From Chloroflexota bacterium (lineage in GTDB: Bacteria > Chloroflexota > Anaerolineae > Anaerolineales > UBA11579), in NCBI GenBank assembly GCA_016191875.1, contig JACPVG010000003.1:100683-164682 (forward strand): a stretch of DNA of 64,000 nucleotides, in the 5' to 3' direction. Under the pieces are notes generated by a model. That model was not told where the DNA came from, searched no databases, and saw nothing but the letters and a program-made list of their open reading frames with translations. How positions within the stretch are numbered: the first letter of the stretch is position 1; every line of letters starts with the position of its first letter. A program made the position numbers and the translations under genes. Shown piece after piece: positions 43,704-57,199 of the stretch.

Positions 43704-43814
43704 GGGCCGGGCGTGCCGGGCGCGACTTTGACATAGAGGATGGCGATACTCCCATTATAGCGGGAAGTGAACGTCAAGAGCGCGTGCACACGGACGAAGC
43801 GTGTTGACAATACA

Positions 43815-43843
43815 GTAGGGGCGGGTTTGAAACCCGCCCCTAC
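43815..43843. repeat. REP-like hairpin, GTAGGGGCG family (variant head)
   Basis: GTAGGGGCGGGTTT-G-AAACCCGCCCCTAC. Overlaps the stop codon of the 43840-44394 gene. Confidence 0.8.
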
Positions 43844-44394
43844 ATTTCGGTATTGAACACCCACCCCGGCGGAATGTGCTTTCGAAACACGCCACGAAAC
43901 GCATTTGAATACGGTTGAATTGGCGTTCCTGAGACCTCGAAGATTGCCTTCACCAATTCATCAAGGTGTTCAACATTGAGATGGTAAGTTGGCGAATCGG
44001 ATGGGAATGCATCTGACAAGATGGGGCCGTTCCCTCCTAGAGAAATATTGACGCGAAATTCTTGACCTGATTCGATTGACGTGGCTACATATCTGATGTT
44101 TTCAAATTCATTCAGACTGAATACAGTAAATTGATGGTGACCGGGAGAGTAGTCGTACTCCTGACAAAACCTATTCCATAGCATGGACAAATCATGGTTT
44201 ACCTTCTTAAGTTCCTTGAGTTTCATCTTGGTTGCTAGTGCCCCCTTTAGCAATCTCTCGATCGAATGGTGATAAAGGGTTGCACAAACTGGCGAAAGGA
44301 ATTCATGTGCCGCTTGTGTTGCCACCACATAATACTGCGTACCTTCTATGAAAAAGAAATCTTGAATCCTCTCTTCCTTGCTGGGTTCACTCAT
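43840..44394 (-). CDS. Low-GC orphan gene, HEPN-like N-terminal helical domain (tentative)
   Basis: 184 aa. YHHSIERLLKGALA ... NHDLSMLW resembles the HEPN helices. Hand counts of four 60-nt lines gave 38-53% GC, against 58-73% in the flanking radA lines. Confidence 0.55.
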   Translation of the reverse strand: MSEPSKEERIQDFFFIEGTQYYVVATQAAHEFLSPVCATLYHHSIERLLKGALATKMKLKELKKVNHDLSMLWNRFCQEYDYSPGHHQFTVFSLNEFENIRYVATSIESGQEFRVNISLGGNGPILSDAFPSDSPTYHLNVEHLDELVKAIFEVSGTPIQPYSNAFRGVFRKHIPPGWVFNTEM

Positions 44395-44425
44395 TTCGAC
44401 CTTCCTTGATCGCCATTAGCGAAGA

Positions 44426-45817
44426 CTACTTCCCCTCCACCATCCCCGCTTCCAACGCCGCCCGCAGCGTCCGCACCTCCACCACCTCTATGCCGTCCGG
44501 CCACGCCTCGCCCTTGCGGATGCGCTTGGGCACGATGGCGCGCTTGAAGCCCAGTTTGGCGGCTTCGCGCAGGCGCGCCGGCATCTGGCTCACCTGGCGC
44601 AGTTCGCCGCTCAACCCCACCTCGCCGATCAGCGCCGTATCCGCCTTCACCGGCTGGTCCTGCATCGAGGAGGCGATGGCGGCGGCCACGGCCAGGTCGG
44701 CGGCCGGTTCGCCGATCTTCAGCCCGCCGACCACGTTGACGAACACATCCTGTTCGCCCAGGCGCAGGCCCATCCGGCGGGTAAGCACGGCGGTGGTGAG
44801 CAGCAGCCGGTTGAAATCCACGCCGTTGGCGGTGCGGCGGGCGTTCCCGAACTGGGTCGGGCTGGTCAGGCCCTGCACTTCCACCAGCAGCGGGCGGGTG
44901 CCTTCCATCGTCACGGCGATGGCCGAGCCGGGGGCGTTCACCATGCGCTCGGCCAGGAACGCCTCGGAGGGGTTGCTCACTTCCACCATGCCCTTTTCCA
45001 TCATCTCGAACACGCCCACCTCGCTGGTCGGCCCAAAGCGGTTCTTCACCGAGCGCAGCAGGCGGTAGGCCCCAAAACGGTCGCCTTCCAGGTACAGCAC
45101 CGTGTCCACGATGTGCTCCAGCACGCGCGGCCCGGCGATGGCGCCTTCCTTGGTGACGTGGCCGATGAGGAAAGCCGAAACGCCCTGGCCCTTGGCGAGT
45201 TCGCGCAGGCGCGAGGCGCATTCGCGCACCTGGGTCACCGAACCGGCGCTGGATTCGACCGCAGCGGTGTAGGTAGTCTGAATCGAGTCGACGATGAGCA
45301 GAGCCGGCGTGGTGGCCTGCACATGCTCCAGGATGGCCTCCAGGTTGGTCTCGGTGACGAGGTACAGCCCTTCGGGCAGGTCTTTGGCGTCTTGCCCTTG
45401 CAGGCGCATCAGCCGCAGAGCGCGCATCTTGATCTGGTGCTCAGATTCTTCGCCGCTCACGTACAGCACGGTATAGGCCCGCGCCATCTCCATCGCCATT
45501 TGCAGCAGCAACGTGGACTTGCCGATGCCGGGGTCGCCGCCGATGAGCACGATGGAACCCTGGACCACGCCGCCGCCCAGCACGCGGGCGAACTCGCCGA
45601 TGGAGACCGGCAGGCGGTCTTCGACCTCGCCTTCGATCTCGGCCAGTTTGCGCGGCGCGCTGCGCGCGCCCAGGCCGCGGGCCGCCTTGCCCGCCGCCGG
45701 GGCCACGATCTCCTCGACGTAGGTGTTGTACTCGCCGCAGGCGGTGCAGCGGCCCATGTCGCGCGGCGAGGTCTTGCCGCAGTTCTGGCAGACGTAGATG
45801 GTGCGGGCTTTAGCCAT
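44426..45817 (-). CDS. radA: DNA repair protein RadA/Sms
   Basis: Zn-finger CQNCGKTSPRDMGRCTACG. Walker A GGDPGIGKSTLL. KNRFG. Lon-like C-terminal domain. Confidence 0.92.
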   Translation of the reverse strand: MAKARTIYVCQNCGKTSPRDMGRCTACGEYNTYVEEIVAPAAGKAARGLGARSAPRKLAEIEGEVEDRLPVSIGEFARVLGGGVVQGSIVLIGGDPGIGKSTLLLQMAMEMARAYTVLYVSGEESEHQIKMRALRLMRLQGQDAKDLPEGLYLVTETNLEAILEHVQATTPALLIVDSIQTTYTAAVESSAGSVTQVRECASRLRELAKGQGVSAFLIGHVTKEGAIAGPRVLEHIVDTVLYLEGDRFGAYRLLRSVKNRFGPTSEVGVFEMMEKGMVEVSNPSEAFLAERMVNAPGSAIAVTMEGTRPLLVEVQGLTSPTQFGNARRTANGVDFNRLLLTTAVLTRRMGLRLGEQDVFVNVVGGLKIGEPAADLAVAAAIASSMQDQPVKADTALIGEVGLSGELRQVSQMPARLREAAKLGFKRAIVPKRIRKGEAWPDGIEVVEVRTLRAALEAGMVEGK

Positions 45818-45854
45818 GTCCGGCCTCCCGAAAATTACTGCTCATTTGTTCGAG

Positions 45855-45863
45855 ATTATACCA
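45855..45863 (-). promoter_or_regulatory. Extended -10 promoter (TGGTATAAT) for radA
   Basis: Reverse complement of ATTATACCA. Lies about 38 nt upstream of the radA ATG, followed by the GGGAGG RBS. No good -35. Confidence 0.45.
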
Positions 45864-45879
45864 GTTTGAACAAGACCAT

Positions 45880-45940
45880 GTGTCCGAAACAAAGCCTCCC
45901 GCGGGCCGGGATGCTTCGCATCCTTAACCCGCGGGAGGCT
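45880..45940 (-). terminator. clpC terminator: composite hairpin plus U-tract
   Basis: 13-bp outer stem AGCCTCCCGCGGG (45893-905) / CCCGCGGGAGGCT (45928-940) encloses GGATGC-TTC-GCATCC. The minus strand continues TTTGTTTCGG. Confidence 0.6.
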
Positions 45941-45976
45941 GGATTTGCAATCTCTTGTGATAGTTCGCTTCCTGCC

Positions 45977-48448
<2,472 letters not shown>

Positions 48449-48689
48449 GGGTCAAAACTCACTTTCAGGTCTGGTACGGCCTGCATGACCGTCCAGCCGT
48501 AGCACGGTGATGAGGTTAAATGCACACAGACGCTTGCGGGGACAACTTCTGTGCCAATTATACAGGGGCTTGATTTGCGGATTGTCAGATTCGCGTAAGA
48601 AAAGTGTAGGCGGGAAGGGAAAGGGTGCTGAAGTGCCGGGGTGTTGAGGTTCTAAAGTCGGGAAGTCACTCAAAGCGACCGGGTTACTC

Positions 48690-50177
48690 TCACGGCCCGC
48701 GCGTCGGCGTAGCCGTCACCGGGTTGGCGTTGTACTGCGGAATCCAGCCCACCCGGCCCTCGGCATCCTGCACCTCGATCCACACCCAGCCATCGACAAT
48801 CTCATAGCCGTACAGCACCGTCACCAGGCTGCCCGCCGGCAGAAAACCGATGCGCGCCTGGTCCAGCCCGGGCCGCGCTCGCAGGAAAATGCCCTCGCCC
48901 GCCACGCGCCAGATGACCGCCAACCCCGGCGTGGGCGTCTCGGTCGGTGTGCTGGTGGGGGTGACTGTGGCAGTCGGCGTGCAGCTGGCGGTGGCGGTGA
49001 AGGTGGCGCTCGGCCGCGGCGTATCGGTCACCGCCGGGCTGGGGCCGAGGGTGGGGGTGGAGGTCCGCGTCGGCGGGATGCGCGGGTCCAGCCGGGCGGC
49101 CAGAATCTGGTTCACCCGCAGGCGCACGGGCCGCTGCAAGCGGGCGGCAATGCTCTCCTGCAAGGCGACGATGTCGGCGTAGCGCAGGTTCTGAGGCGTG
49201 AGGATGGCGACATCCACATCCAGCGCGCTACCGCTGTCCTGCCAGTCGATGTCCGTCACCTCGCCGCCCAGCGCCGCCACCTCCTCCTGCACCACCTGGC
49301 TGATCGCTCGATTCTGGTTGGCTTCCACAACAAACCGGTACGACTGGTAACCCAGCGGCAGGAGAAGCAGGCCGGTCAACCCCAGCGAGACGAGCAGACT
49401 GCGCGGCAGGCCGCCTTCGGCGCTGCGCCCCGGCGGGTTGAACCCCATGACGAAAAACAACAGGATGGCCGAGGCGGCGATGGTAACGGCGTTGGTGATG
49501 AACAGCAGGAGGGCGCCCCCGGCCACATCCCAGCGGCCCAGCGCCAGACCGATACCCACCGTGCACAGCGGCGGCATGAGCGCCGTGGCAATCGCCACGC
49601 CGGGCAAAGCGGCCGAGAGCTGCGGCTGGATGAGCGCAAAGGTGGCCGCCAGGCCGCCCGCCAGCGCCACCCCCAGGTCAAACGGCGTGGGGCGGGTGCG
49701 CGAGAGCACCTCCACCGGCAGGTCTTGCAGGCTGATGAACGGCAACAGGGCGTTGGTCCAGGTGATGAGCACCGAGATGAGCACGGCCAGAGCTGCACCG
49801 CGCGCCAGCGCGGTGGCGGCGTCGCGCAGCAGCTTGGTGTCGCCCTTGATGCTGGCCAACCCCAGCCCCAAAATTGGAGACATGAGCGGCGCGACCAGCA
49901 TGGCCCCGATGATGGTGGCCGCCGAGTTGATCAGCAGGCCGAAGGTGGCGATCATGCACGAGAGCACCACCAAAACGAAGAAATCGAAGTCCGGCGCCGA
50001 AGACTCGCGCAGTTTCAGAATCACCTCCGCCTGGCGTTCGATGCCCACGGGCGGCAGGACGCGGCGGATGAGATGCTTCAGGTAGACGCGCAGGCGGTTG
50101 AGGAAATAGAGCAGCAACGGCCCGAGTCGGTTGGGGGGCGGTGGGGGCGGCGCGCTGGAGGGCGGCAGGTTCTGCAT
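48690..50177 (-). CDS. DUF389 (TIGR00341-like) membrane protein with Pro/Thr linker and C-terminal SH3b-like domain
   Basis: 495 aa. Multi-TM core. The tail GIFLRARPG...GSLVTVLYGYEIVDGWVWIEVQDAEGRVGWIP resembles bacterial SH3. Confidence 0.65.
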   Translation of the reverse strand: MQNLPPSSAPPPPPPNRLGPLLLYFLNRLRVYLKHLIRRVLPPVGIERQAEVILKLRESSAPDFDFFVLVVLSCMIATFGLLINSAATIIGAMLVAPLMSPILGLGLASIKGDTKLLRDAATALARGAALAVLISVLITWTNALLPFISLQDLPVEVLSRTRPTPFDLGVALAGGLAATFALIQPQLSAALPGVAIATALMPPLCTVGIGLALGRWDVAGGALLLFITNAVTIAASAILLFFVMGFNPPGRSAEGGLPRSLLVSLGLTGLLLLPLGYQSYRFVVEANQNRAISQVVQEEVAALGGEVTDIDWQDSGSALDVDVAILTPQNLRYADIVALQESIAARLQRPVRLRVNQILAARLDPRIPPTRTSTPTLGPSPAVTDTPRPSATFTATASCTPTATVTPTSTPTETPTPGLAVIWRVAGEGIFLRARPGLDQARIGFLPAGSLVTVLYGYEIVDGWVWIEVQDAEGRVGWIPQYNANPVTATPTRGP

Positions 50178-50204
50178 GGCGACCCAATTGTACCGAACGC
50201 GGCA

Positions 50205-50240
50205 CGGAAAAGAGAAATCCGATTTCTCAAAGAAATCGGA
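50205..50240 (-). terminator. Intrinsic terminator after the DUF1801 gene
   Basis: TCCGATTTC (50218-26) pairs with GAAATCGGA (50232-40). On the minus strand it is followed by TTTCTCTTTTCC. Confidence 0.6.
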
Positions 50241-50301
50241 GGCCTTACACTCGTAGACCTAAAACCCGTTCAGCGGCGTGGCAAGGGCTGGCGGCATCCC
50301 C

Positions 50302-50787
50302 TCAGCTCACCGCCTTCTTCACCAGCGCGGCGATCTTCGCCTCGTCGGCGGCGGTCAACTCCTTCAGCGCGAAGGAGGTCGGCCACATGGCGCCTGCATC
50401 AATGTGTGCCGCGTCGCTGAAGCCGAACGTCGCGTACCGCGCGTTGAATTTATGCGCGCTCTGGAAGAAGCAGACAACCTTGCCATCTGCGTTGGCATAC
50501 GCGGGCATTCCATACCAGGTTTTCGGCGCGAGATTTGGCGCGCTGGCAGTAACGATGGCATGCAGCCGCTTGGCAATGATACGGTCTTTCTCCGGCATCT
50601 CGGCGATCTTGGCGAGCAAATCGGCTTCCCCGTCGGCCTTGTTCGCGGCCGCCTTCAGCTCTCTGGCGCGCTCCTTCATCGCCGCCTTTTCCTCGGCGGT
50701 AAATCCGCTGGATTTCTTGCTGGCCGCGCTGGCGCTCTTGGCGGGCTTCTTGGCGGCTTTCTGGTTGGCGCTCTTACCTTTGTTCAT
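50302..50787 (-). CDS. YdhG/DUF1801-like protein with a Lys/Ala-rich N-terminal tail
   Basis: ATG 50787 lies 6 nt after [37 protein letters not shown] is typical of DUF1801. Confidence 0.6.
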   Translation of the reverse strand: MNKGKSANQKAAKKPAKSASAASKKSSGFTAEEKAAMKERARELKAAANKADGEADLLAKIAEMPEKDRIIAKRLHAIVTASAPNLAPKTWYGMPAYANADGKVVCFFQSAHKFNARYATFGFSDAAHIDAGAMWPTSFALKELTAADEAKIAALVKKAVS

Positions 50788-50900
50788 GGGAGTCTCCTTT
50801 AAACTGGCAGGCATTGGCCAATGTTCATGCCCATTATACAGGGCGGTAGGTGGCAGATTATGGGATTAGCGGGAAAGGTGGTGGAGTCACATCTTAGATA

Positions 50901-50952
50901 CAGACACCCGATTTCGTAAGACTCCGTCAGGTGGCTCGAAATCGGGTGTCTG
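50901..50952. other. 16-bp perfect hairpin downstream of gdh
   Basis: CAGACACCCGATTTCG (50901-16) pairs with CGAAATCGGGTGTCTG (50937-52), 20-nt loop. No clear U-tract on the minus strand. Confidence 0.5.
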
Positions 50953-51034
50953 CTTGTTGCCCGTTTCAGATGGGAATGCCGCTTTCTAGGATTGTTTCCC
51001 TGTTTCCTGATCGCTACTCACGACTCCCGGCCTT

Positions 51035-52321
51035 TTACAACCAGCCGCGCATCTCCATCGCCTCGACTACCTTGCCAATCGAGACCATGTAGGCCGCATC
51101 GCGCATGTACACCTTCTCGCGCTCGCTCATTTCCAGCACGTTGGCGAAGGCACGCGTCATCTTGGTGTCCAGCCGGTCCAGCACCTCGTCCTTCTGCCAG
51201 TAGAAGTTCATGTCGTTCTGTACGCTCTCGAAGTACGAGACCGTCACGCCGCCGGCATTGCACAGGAAATCCGGGATGACGAAGATGTTGTTCTTTTCGA
51301 ACACCGCATCGGCTTCCGGCGTGGTGGGGCCGTTGGCGCCTTCGGCCACAATTTTCACCCGGTCGCTGATTTTCTTTACGCTGTCGCCGGTGATCTGCGC
51401 TTCCAACGCCGACGGGATGAGCACGTCCACATCCTTGCTGATCCAGGCTTCGCCATCCTCAACAACATAGCCATGCGGCACGGCCTTCTTTTTGTCGATG
51501 CTGCCGTACTGGTCGGTGATGCTCATCAGGAAGTCGGCATCCACCCCATCCGAGTGTGAGATGGTGAACGGCGCGCGCTCCTCGCGGTCCCAGCACGACA
51601 CGCACACCACCTTGCCGCCCAGAATCTCCTTGAAGCCCTTGGCGGCGTATTGGGCCACGTTGCCGAAACCCTGCACCGCTGCCGTGGCCTGGGTCGGGTC
51701 AATCTTCAGGTGCTTCATCGCCTCGCGCACGGTGTAGATCACGCCATAGCCGGTGGCCTCGGTGCGGCCCAGCGAGCCGCCGCTGCCCACCGGCTTGCCG
51801 GTGATGACGCCGGGCGTGTATTCGCCCACCAGTTTGGAGTATTCATCCATCATCCAGCCCATCATCTGGCTGTTGGTGCCCACATCCGGGGCGGGCACAT
51901 CCATGCGCGGGCCGATGTTGCGGTAGATCTGCCCGATCCAGCCGCGCGTCAGTTTTTCTTTCTCGCCCAGCGAGAGGGTGGAGGAATCGACCGCCACGCC
52001 GCCCTTGCCGCCGCCAAGCGGGATGTCGGCCACGGCGCATTTCCAGGTCATCCACATCGCCAGGGCGCGCACGGTATCCATCGTTTCAGAGGGATGGAAG
52101 CGGATGCCGCCCTTGCAGGGGCCGCGGGCGTCGTTGTGCTGGATGCGGTAGCCGAAGAACACCCGGATGTTGCCGTCGTCCATCTTGACCGGGATCTGGA
52201 ACTTGAATTCGCGCGTCGGCCAGCGCAGCATCTCGCGCACCTGCGGATCGAGGTTGAGCATTTCAGCGACCTCATCGAACTGGCGCTGCGCCATTTCAAA
52301 AGCATTGGTGGTAGTGGACAT
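51035..52321 (-). CDS. gdhA: Glutamate dehydrogenase (Glu/Leu/Phe/Val dehydrogenase family)
   Basis: Starts MSTTTNAFEMAQRQ after AGGAAA. KGGIRFHP. PLGGGKGG (catalytic Lys region). VQGFGNVA Rossmann. Confidence 0.9.
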   Translation of the reverse strand: MSTTTNAFEMAQRQFDEVAEMLNLDPQVREMLRWPTREFKFQIPVKMDDGNIRVFFGYRIQHNDARGPCKGGIRFHPSETMDTVRALAMWMTWKCAVADIPLGGGKGGVAVDSSTLSLGEKEKLTRGWIGQIYRNIGPRMDVPAPDVGTNSQMMGWMMDEYSKLVGEYTPGVITGKPVGSGGSLGRTEATGYGVIYTVREAMKHLKIDPTQATAAVQGFGNVAQYAAKGFKEILGGKVVCVSCWDREERAPFTISHSDGVDADFLMSITDQYGSIDKKKAVPHGYVVEDGEAWISKDVDVLIPSALEAQITGDSVKKISDRVKIVAEGANGPTTPEADAVFEKNNIFVIPDFLCNAGGVTVSYFESVQNDMNFYWQKDEVLDRLDTKMTRAFANVLEMSEREKVYMRDAAYMVSIGKVVEAMEMRGWL

Positions 52322-52595
52322 ACGTGGTTTCCTGTTCCTTAAAATGTGTGCGGACATCCCGGTTGGGATGCCCGCCATTGAATTAAAGGACGCCAGCCTC
52401 CCGCTGGGGAAGCGGCTGCCGGTCTTGTGGGTTTTGCCAGGCCATAGCGTCTGCCATCCTCAACCTGAGTCTACCCCTTTCGGAGAGGCCGTCAAGGCAG
52501 GCGGCCGGTTTCGGGGCGAATGCCCCACCCAAAAGGGGACTTGTGTCATCCAGATTATAGCAGGCGAGGAAACACGCCCGGCAGAGCCGCCGGGG

Positions 52596-54047
<1,452 letters not shown>

Positions 54048-54241
54048 AGACCACTATTCTAACGGATGCAGGCTGGCGGCGCGGAGAAAGGCAAAAACCA
54101 TCTCACGCAAAGTGAGTGATGAAGATAGCCACGCCAGGAGCGCAACGAAAAGCGCCGCGCAGGCCGGCCGGATTTGAGAATGACAGACGGAGTCGAGACT
54201 TTAGTCGAGAGGTTGCCGCCTCGGTTCCACCAACAGACCGC

Positions 54242-55429
54242 CTATTCCCCCAGCAACGCCGGATACACCTCAATCAGAGCGATCTCCGGCCACAGTTTGC
54301 GGAACTCGCCCAGCAGCGCCTTGAGCGGTTTGCGCAGGGCGCCGGCGCGCTCCAGCTCGGCGGCGGCATCCACAAAACCCGAAACGTAGGTGAAGACCTT
54401 GTTGCGGTAGGAGACCAGGCGCTCGTCGTGCACGCCCACCGTTTCGCGGGCGCGCTCTTCGCCTTCTTCGATGACGAGTTTGAGGTAGTTGCGCCACAGA
54501 CCCTCGATGCGGCTGAGCGACCAGTGGGCGCAGGCTTCCACCAGGGCATTCTGGAACACGTCGTCCTCCCAGGCGGCCGGGATGGCCTTGCCCAGTTCGG
54601 TGCGGTAGTTGGCTTCCAGGCGGGCCACCAGGCGCGGCGGCACCCGCCGGCTGCGGAAGGAGGGTGGGAACCCCAGCCGGGCCGGGACGACATCCAGCAG
54701 AGCGCACTCGTACGAAGCGAACTCAAAATCCATCAGGCGCACGTTGGGATCCATCCACAGGAAGTTGTGGACGCCGGCATCGCAGTGAACCAGGGCGCGC
54801 AGAGGGTGCGCGCCGTGCAGCCAGGCTTCCATTTCAGCGGCCGCCTGGATGAAATCGCCCGTAAGCGGCAATCCGAGCGCCACAAAGCAGGCCTCGATGC
54901 TTTCCCAACGCGAGCGCAGGTCCAGGCTGCTATCGCTCTCGGCGGCCAACGCCCCCAGCCGGGTCTGGAGGGCGGCAAAAGCTTCCTCGCGCCCGGCGGT
55001 GGCGGCATGCAGCCGCCCCAGGCAGGTGCCGAGTTCCAGCAGGGCTTCTTCAGCGATGGACGAAGCCGGGTCGAACAGCAGGTCCTGTACGGTCGGGCGG
55101 TTGCCCAGATCTTCCATGATCATCAGGTTGGTGGCCGGGTCGCCCAGCAGCAGGGTGGGCGCCAGTTGCAGGCCAAGGCCGCTGAGGAATTCCAGGGCCG
55201 CCCACTCATTGCGGAAGCGCCGCTTGGCCCACGGATCGTCGTCCTGCTGGTTGAACTGTTTGAGGATGACGCTTTCCGGCAGCATGCCGGGACCTTCCAC
55301 ACGGCAGCGCAGCATGCTGTGCTGGCTGTCCAGCGTGCCGTTGGGGTGCAGGGTGATATCGGCTTCCAGCGCGTCGGAGAGGCGCATCTGGGCCAGGTTG
55401 AGCAGTTTGTTGCCGGCAGCGGAAGGCAT
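54242..55429 (-). CDS. Aminoglycoside-phosphotransferase-fold (APH/ChoK family) kinase
   Basis: LVHCDAGVHNFLW (HxDxxxxN catalytic loop). RLMDFEFAS (DFE). Confidence 0.7.
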   Translation of the reverse strand: MPSAAGNKLLNLAQMRLSDALEADITLHPNGTLDSQHSMLRCRVEGPGMLPESVILKQFNQQDDDPWAKRRFRNEWAALEFLSGLGLQLAPTLLLGDPATNLMIMEDLGNRPTVQDLLFDPASSIAEEALLELGTCLGRLHAATAGREEAFAALQTRLGALAAESDSSLDLRSRWESIEACFVALGLPLTGDFIQAAAEMEAWLHGAHPLRALVHCDAGVHNFLWMDPNVRLMDFEFASYECALLDVVPARLGFPPSFRSRRVPPRLVARLEANYRTELGKAIPAAWEDDVFQNALVEACAHWSLSRIEGLWRNYLKLVIEEGEERARETVGVHDERLVSYRNKVFTYVSGFVDAAAELERAGALRKPLKALLGEFRKLWPEIALIEVYPALLGE

Positions 55430-55455
55430 GCAGGTTTTGGCGCGGCCGAGCGCCT

Positions 55456-56220
55456 TCAGGCGTCCTGTCGCAGACGGCGCAGGAAGGCCGGGGAGTTGAG
55501 CCCGCGCTCAAGAAGATAGGTGATGTAGTGCTGCATGAGGACCTCCATTTCGCGCTTGACCCCCTCCGGGATGCTGGCGCGCTGGGCTTCCCTGAAACTG
55601 CTGCGCTGCAAGTGACGCATGTATTTTAACGCCTTCACGCTCACCGGTGTCGCGCCCGCCAGGCCGCGCCCGGCCTCCGGCGCGACCGCCCCGCCCAGCG
55701 CGGCCGAAAAGTACTGGTCTTCAGGTTGAATTTCCACGCCGCTCTTCACGCAGCGCTGGAGTTCCGGCCGGAAACCCAGCGTGTCGAGCAGCCGCATTTC
55801 GTAATAACGGATGACCAGGTCGGGGTCATCGCCGCCCTCCAGCCGGCTCAACGTCTGCGCCAGAAGCCGGTAAAGGCGGGCATTGCCCTCCTCCTCGAAG
55901 GTGAACTTGTCCAGCAGTTCGGCGGCGTAGGCCGCCTGGCCCAGCCGGGTGAGGTCCCGGCGCAGGCCGGGGTAGGTCTCCTGGGCCTCGGCCTGCTGGA
56001 GGACATACCAGGCGCTCCCGACCGCCAGCAGCAGGCTGGCGCGGGTGAACGGTTCCACGTGCCCGGCCTTGCGGCTGTTCAACTTGCGGGCGCCCTTGGC
56101 CACGGCGCGCAGTTTGCCGCGCTCGCGGGTGTAGAGCGTCAGCAGGCGGTCGGCCTCACCCTGCTCGCTGTGCTTGAGGACGATGGCCTCGACCCGGAAC
56201 GAGCGCAATGCGCGCGGCAT
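55456..56220 (-). CDS. recO: DNA repair protein RecO
   Basis: Internal ATG 56220 gives MPRALRSFRVEAIVLKHSEQGEADRLLTLYTRERGKLRAVAKGARK. The N-terminal 90 codons of the ORF look like non-coding extension. Confidence 0.85.
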   Translation of the reverse strand: MPRALRSFRVEAIVLKHSEQGEADRLLTLYTRERGKLRAVAKGARKLNSRKAGHVEPFTRASLLLAVGSAWYVLQQAEAQETYPGLRRDLTRLGQAAYAAELLDKFTFEEEGNARLYRLLAQTLSRLEGGDDPDLVIRYYEMRLLDTLGFRPELQRCVKSGVEIQPEDQYFSAALGGAVAPEAGRGLAGATPVSVKALKYMRHLQRSSFREAQRASIPEGVKREMEVLMQHYITYLLERGLNSPAFLRRLRQDA

Positions 56221-56353
56221 GCGGGGATTATAGCAGTCAGTCGGTAGTGGACAGCAGCGAGTAGGCAGTGGAGGCAGGTGCAGCCGATGACTGCTGTCTA
56301 CTGCCCACGACCTGCTATAGAGTATCATCTGTAAATGAGGAGAGCCTGAAAGC

Positions 56354-57199
56354 ATGAGCAACGCCAGGAAAATCGCGCTGGTGATCGGCTGGGGGAGTGT
56401 GAAGTGCGCCGCCGCCCTGGGCGTGCTGCGCGTCCTGCACCGGGCGGGCATCCAGATCGACCTGCTGGTGGGCGGCGGCGGCGGGAGCATCTACGCCGGG
56501 CTGGCCGCCCTGGGGCATACGGCGGATGAGATCGTCGAGATGAATGCCCGCCTGTGGACGCGCGAAGTGACCGAGCAGCCCAACCGCCTGGCTCCGCTGC
56601 AACTGCTCTTCCCGCGCCAGTTCAAGGCCCGCGAGTTCTTCTACCTGCGCGGCGACCGGCTGGTCAACCAACGCCTGCAGGCCGCCTTCGGCGAGCGCAC
56701 CTTTGCCGACTGCACGATTCCCCTCTTCATCACCGCCACCGATTACCTGACCGGCGAACAGGTCACGCTCACCGACGGGCCGCTGTGGGAGGCCGTGCGG
56801 GCCAGCATCGCCCTGCCGCTGGTGTTCGCGCCGGTGCGGCGCGGCGGCCGCCTGCTGGCGGATGGCTATCTCTCCGACCCGCTGCCCGTGGGCGTGGCGA
56901 TGCGCGAAGGCGCACAGATCATCCTGGCGCTGGGCTTTGAGAGCACGCCCATCCTGCCGCTGGACACGTTCGGAAAGTTTGTGTTCCATATCCAGAGCGT
57001 GATGACCGACAACCTGCTGAAAGCCTCATATTCCTTCCACAATATGGCGCATCATGCCGAAGTGCTACCCATCTTTCCAGACTTCGAACGACCCATTCAC
57101 CAGTTCGACACCCAGGCCGTGCCGCACATCATTGAGGTCGGTGAACGCGCCGGTGAGAAAATCCTGCCCGCCCTGCAGCGTCTGCTGGAGGGCGGATGA
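56354..57199 (+). CDS. Patatin-like phospholipase family protein (atypical nucleophile region)
   Basis: IALVIGWGSVKCAAALGV. VGGGGGSIYAG sits in place of GxSxG. ADGYLSDPLP (DG). Paralogue of the next gene. Confidence 0.75.
   Translation: MSNARKIALVIGWGSVKCAAALGVLRVLHRAGIQIDLLVGGGGGSIYAGLAALGHTADEIVEMNARLWTREVTEQPNRLAPLQLLFPRQFKAREFFYLRGDRLVNQRLQAAFGERTFADCTIPLFITATDYLTGEQVTLTDGPLWEAVRASIALPLVFAPVRRGGRLLADGYLSDPLPVGVAMREGAQIILALGFESTPILPLDTFGKFVFHIQSVMTDNLLKASYSFHNMAHHAEVLPIFPDFERPIHQFDTQAVPHIIEVGERAGEKILPALQRLLEGG

Noticed and set aside
43754-43777. TTGACG ... TATAAT on the minus strand upstream of the HD-GYP gene
   Set aside because: The spacer is only 12 nt, which is incompatible with a sigma70 promoter.
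54242-55429. APH-fold kinase as an antibiotic-resistance determinant
   Set aside because: Only the generic HxDxxxxN / DFE kinase-fold motifs are visible. Its position between recO and gatB, with no mobile context, argues for a housekeeping small-molecule kinase. The substrate cannot be inferred.
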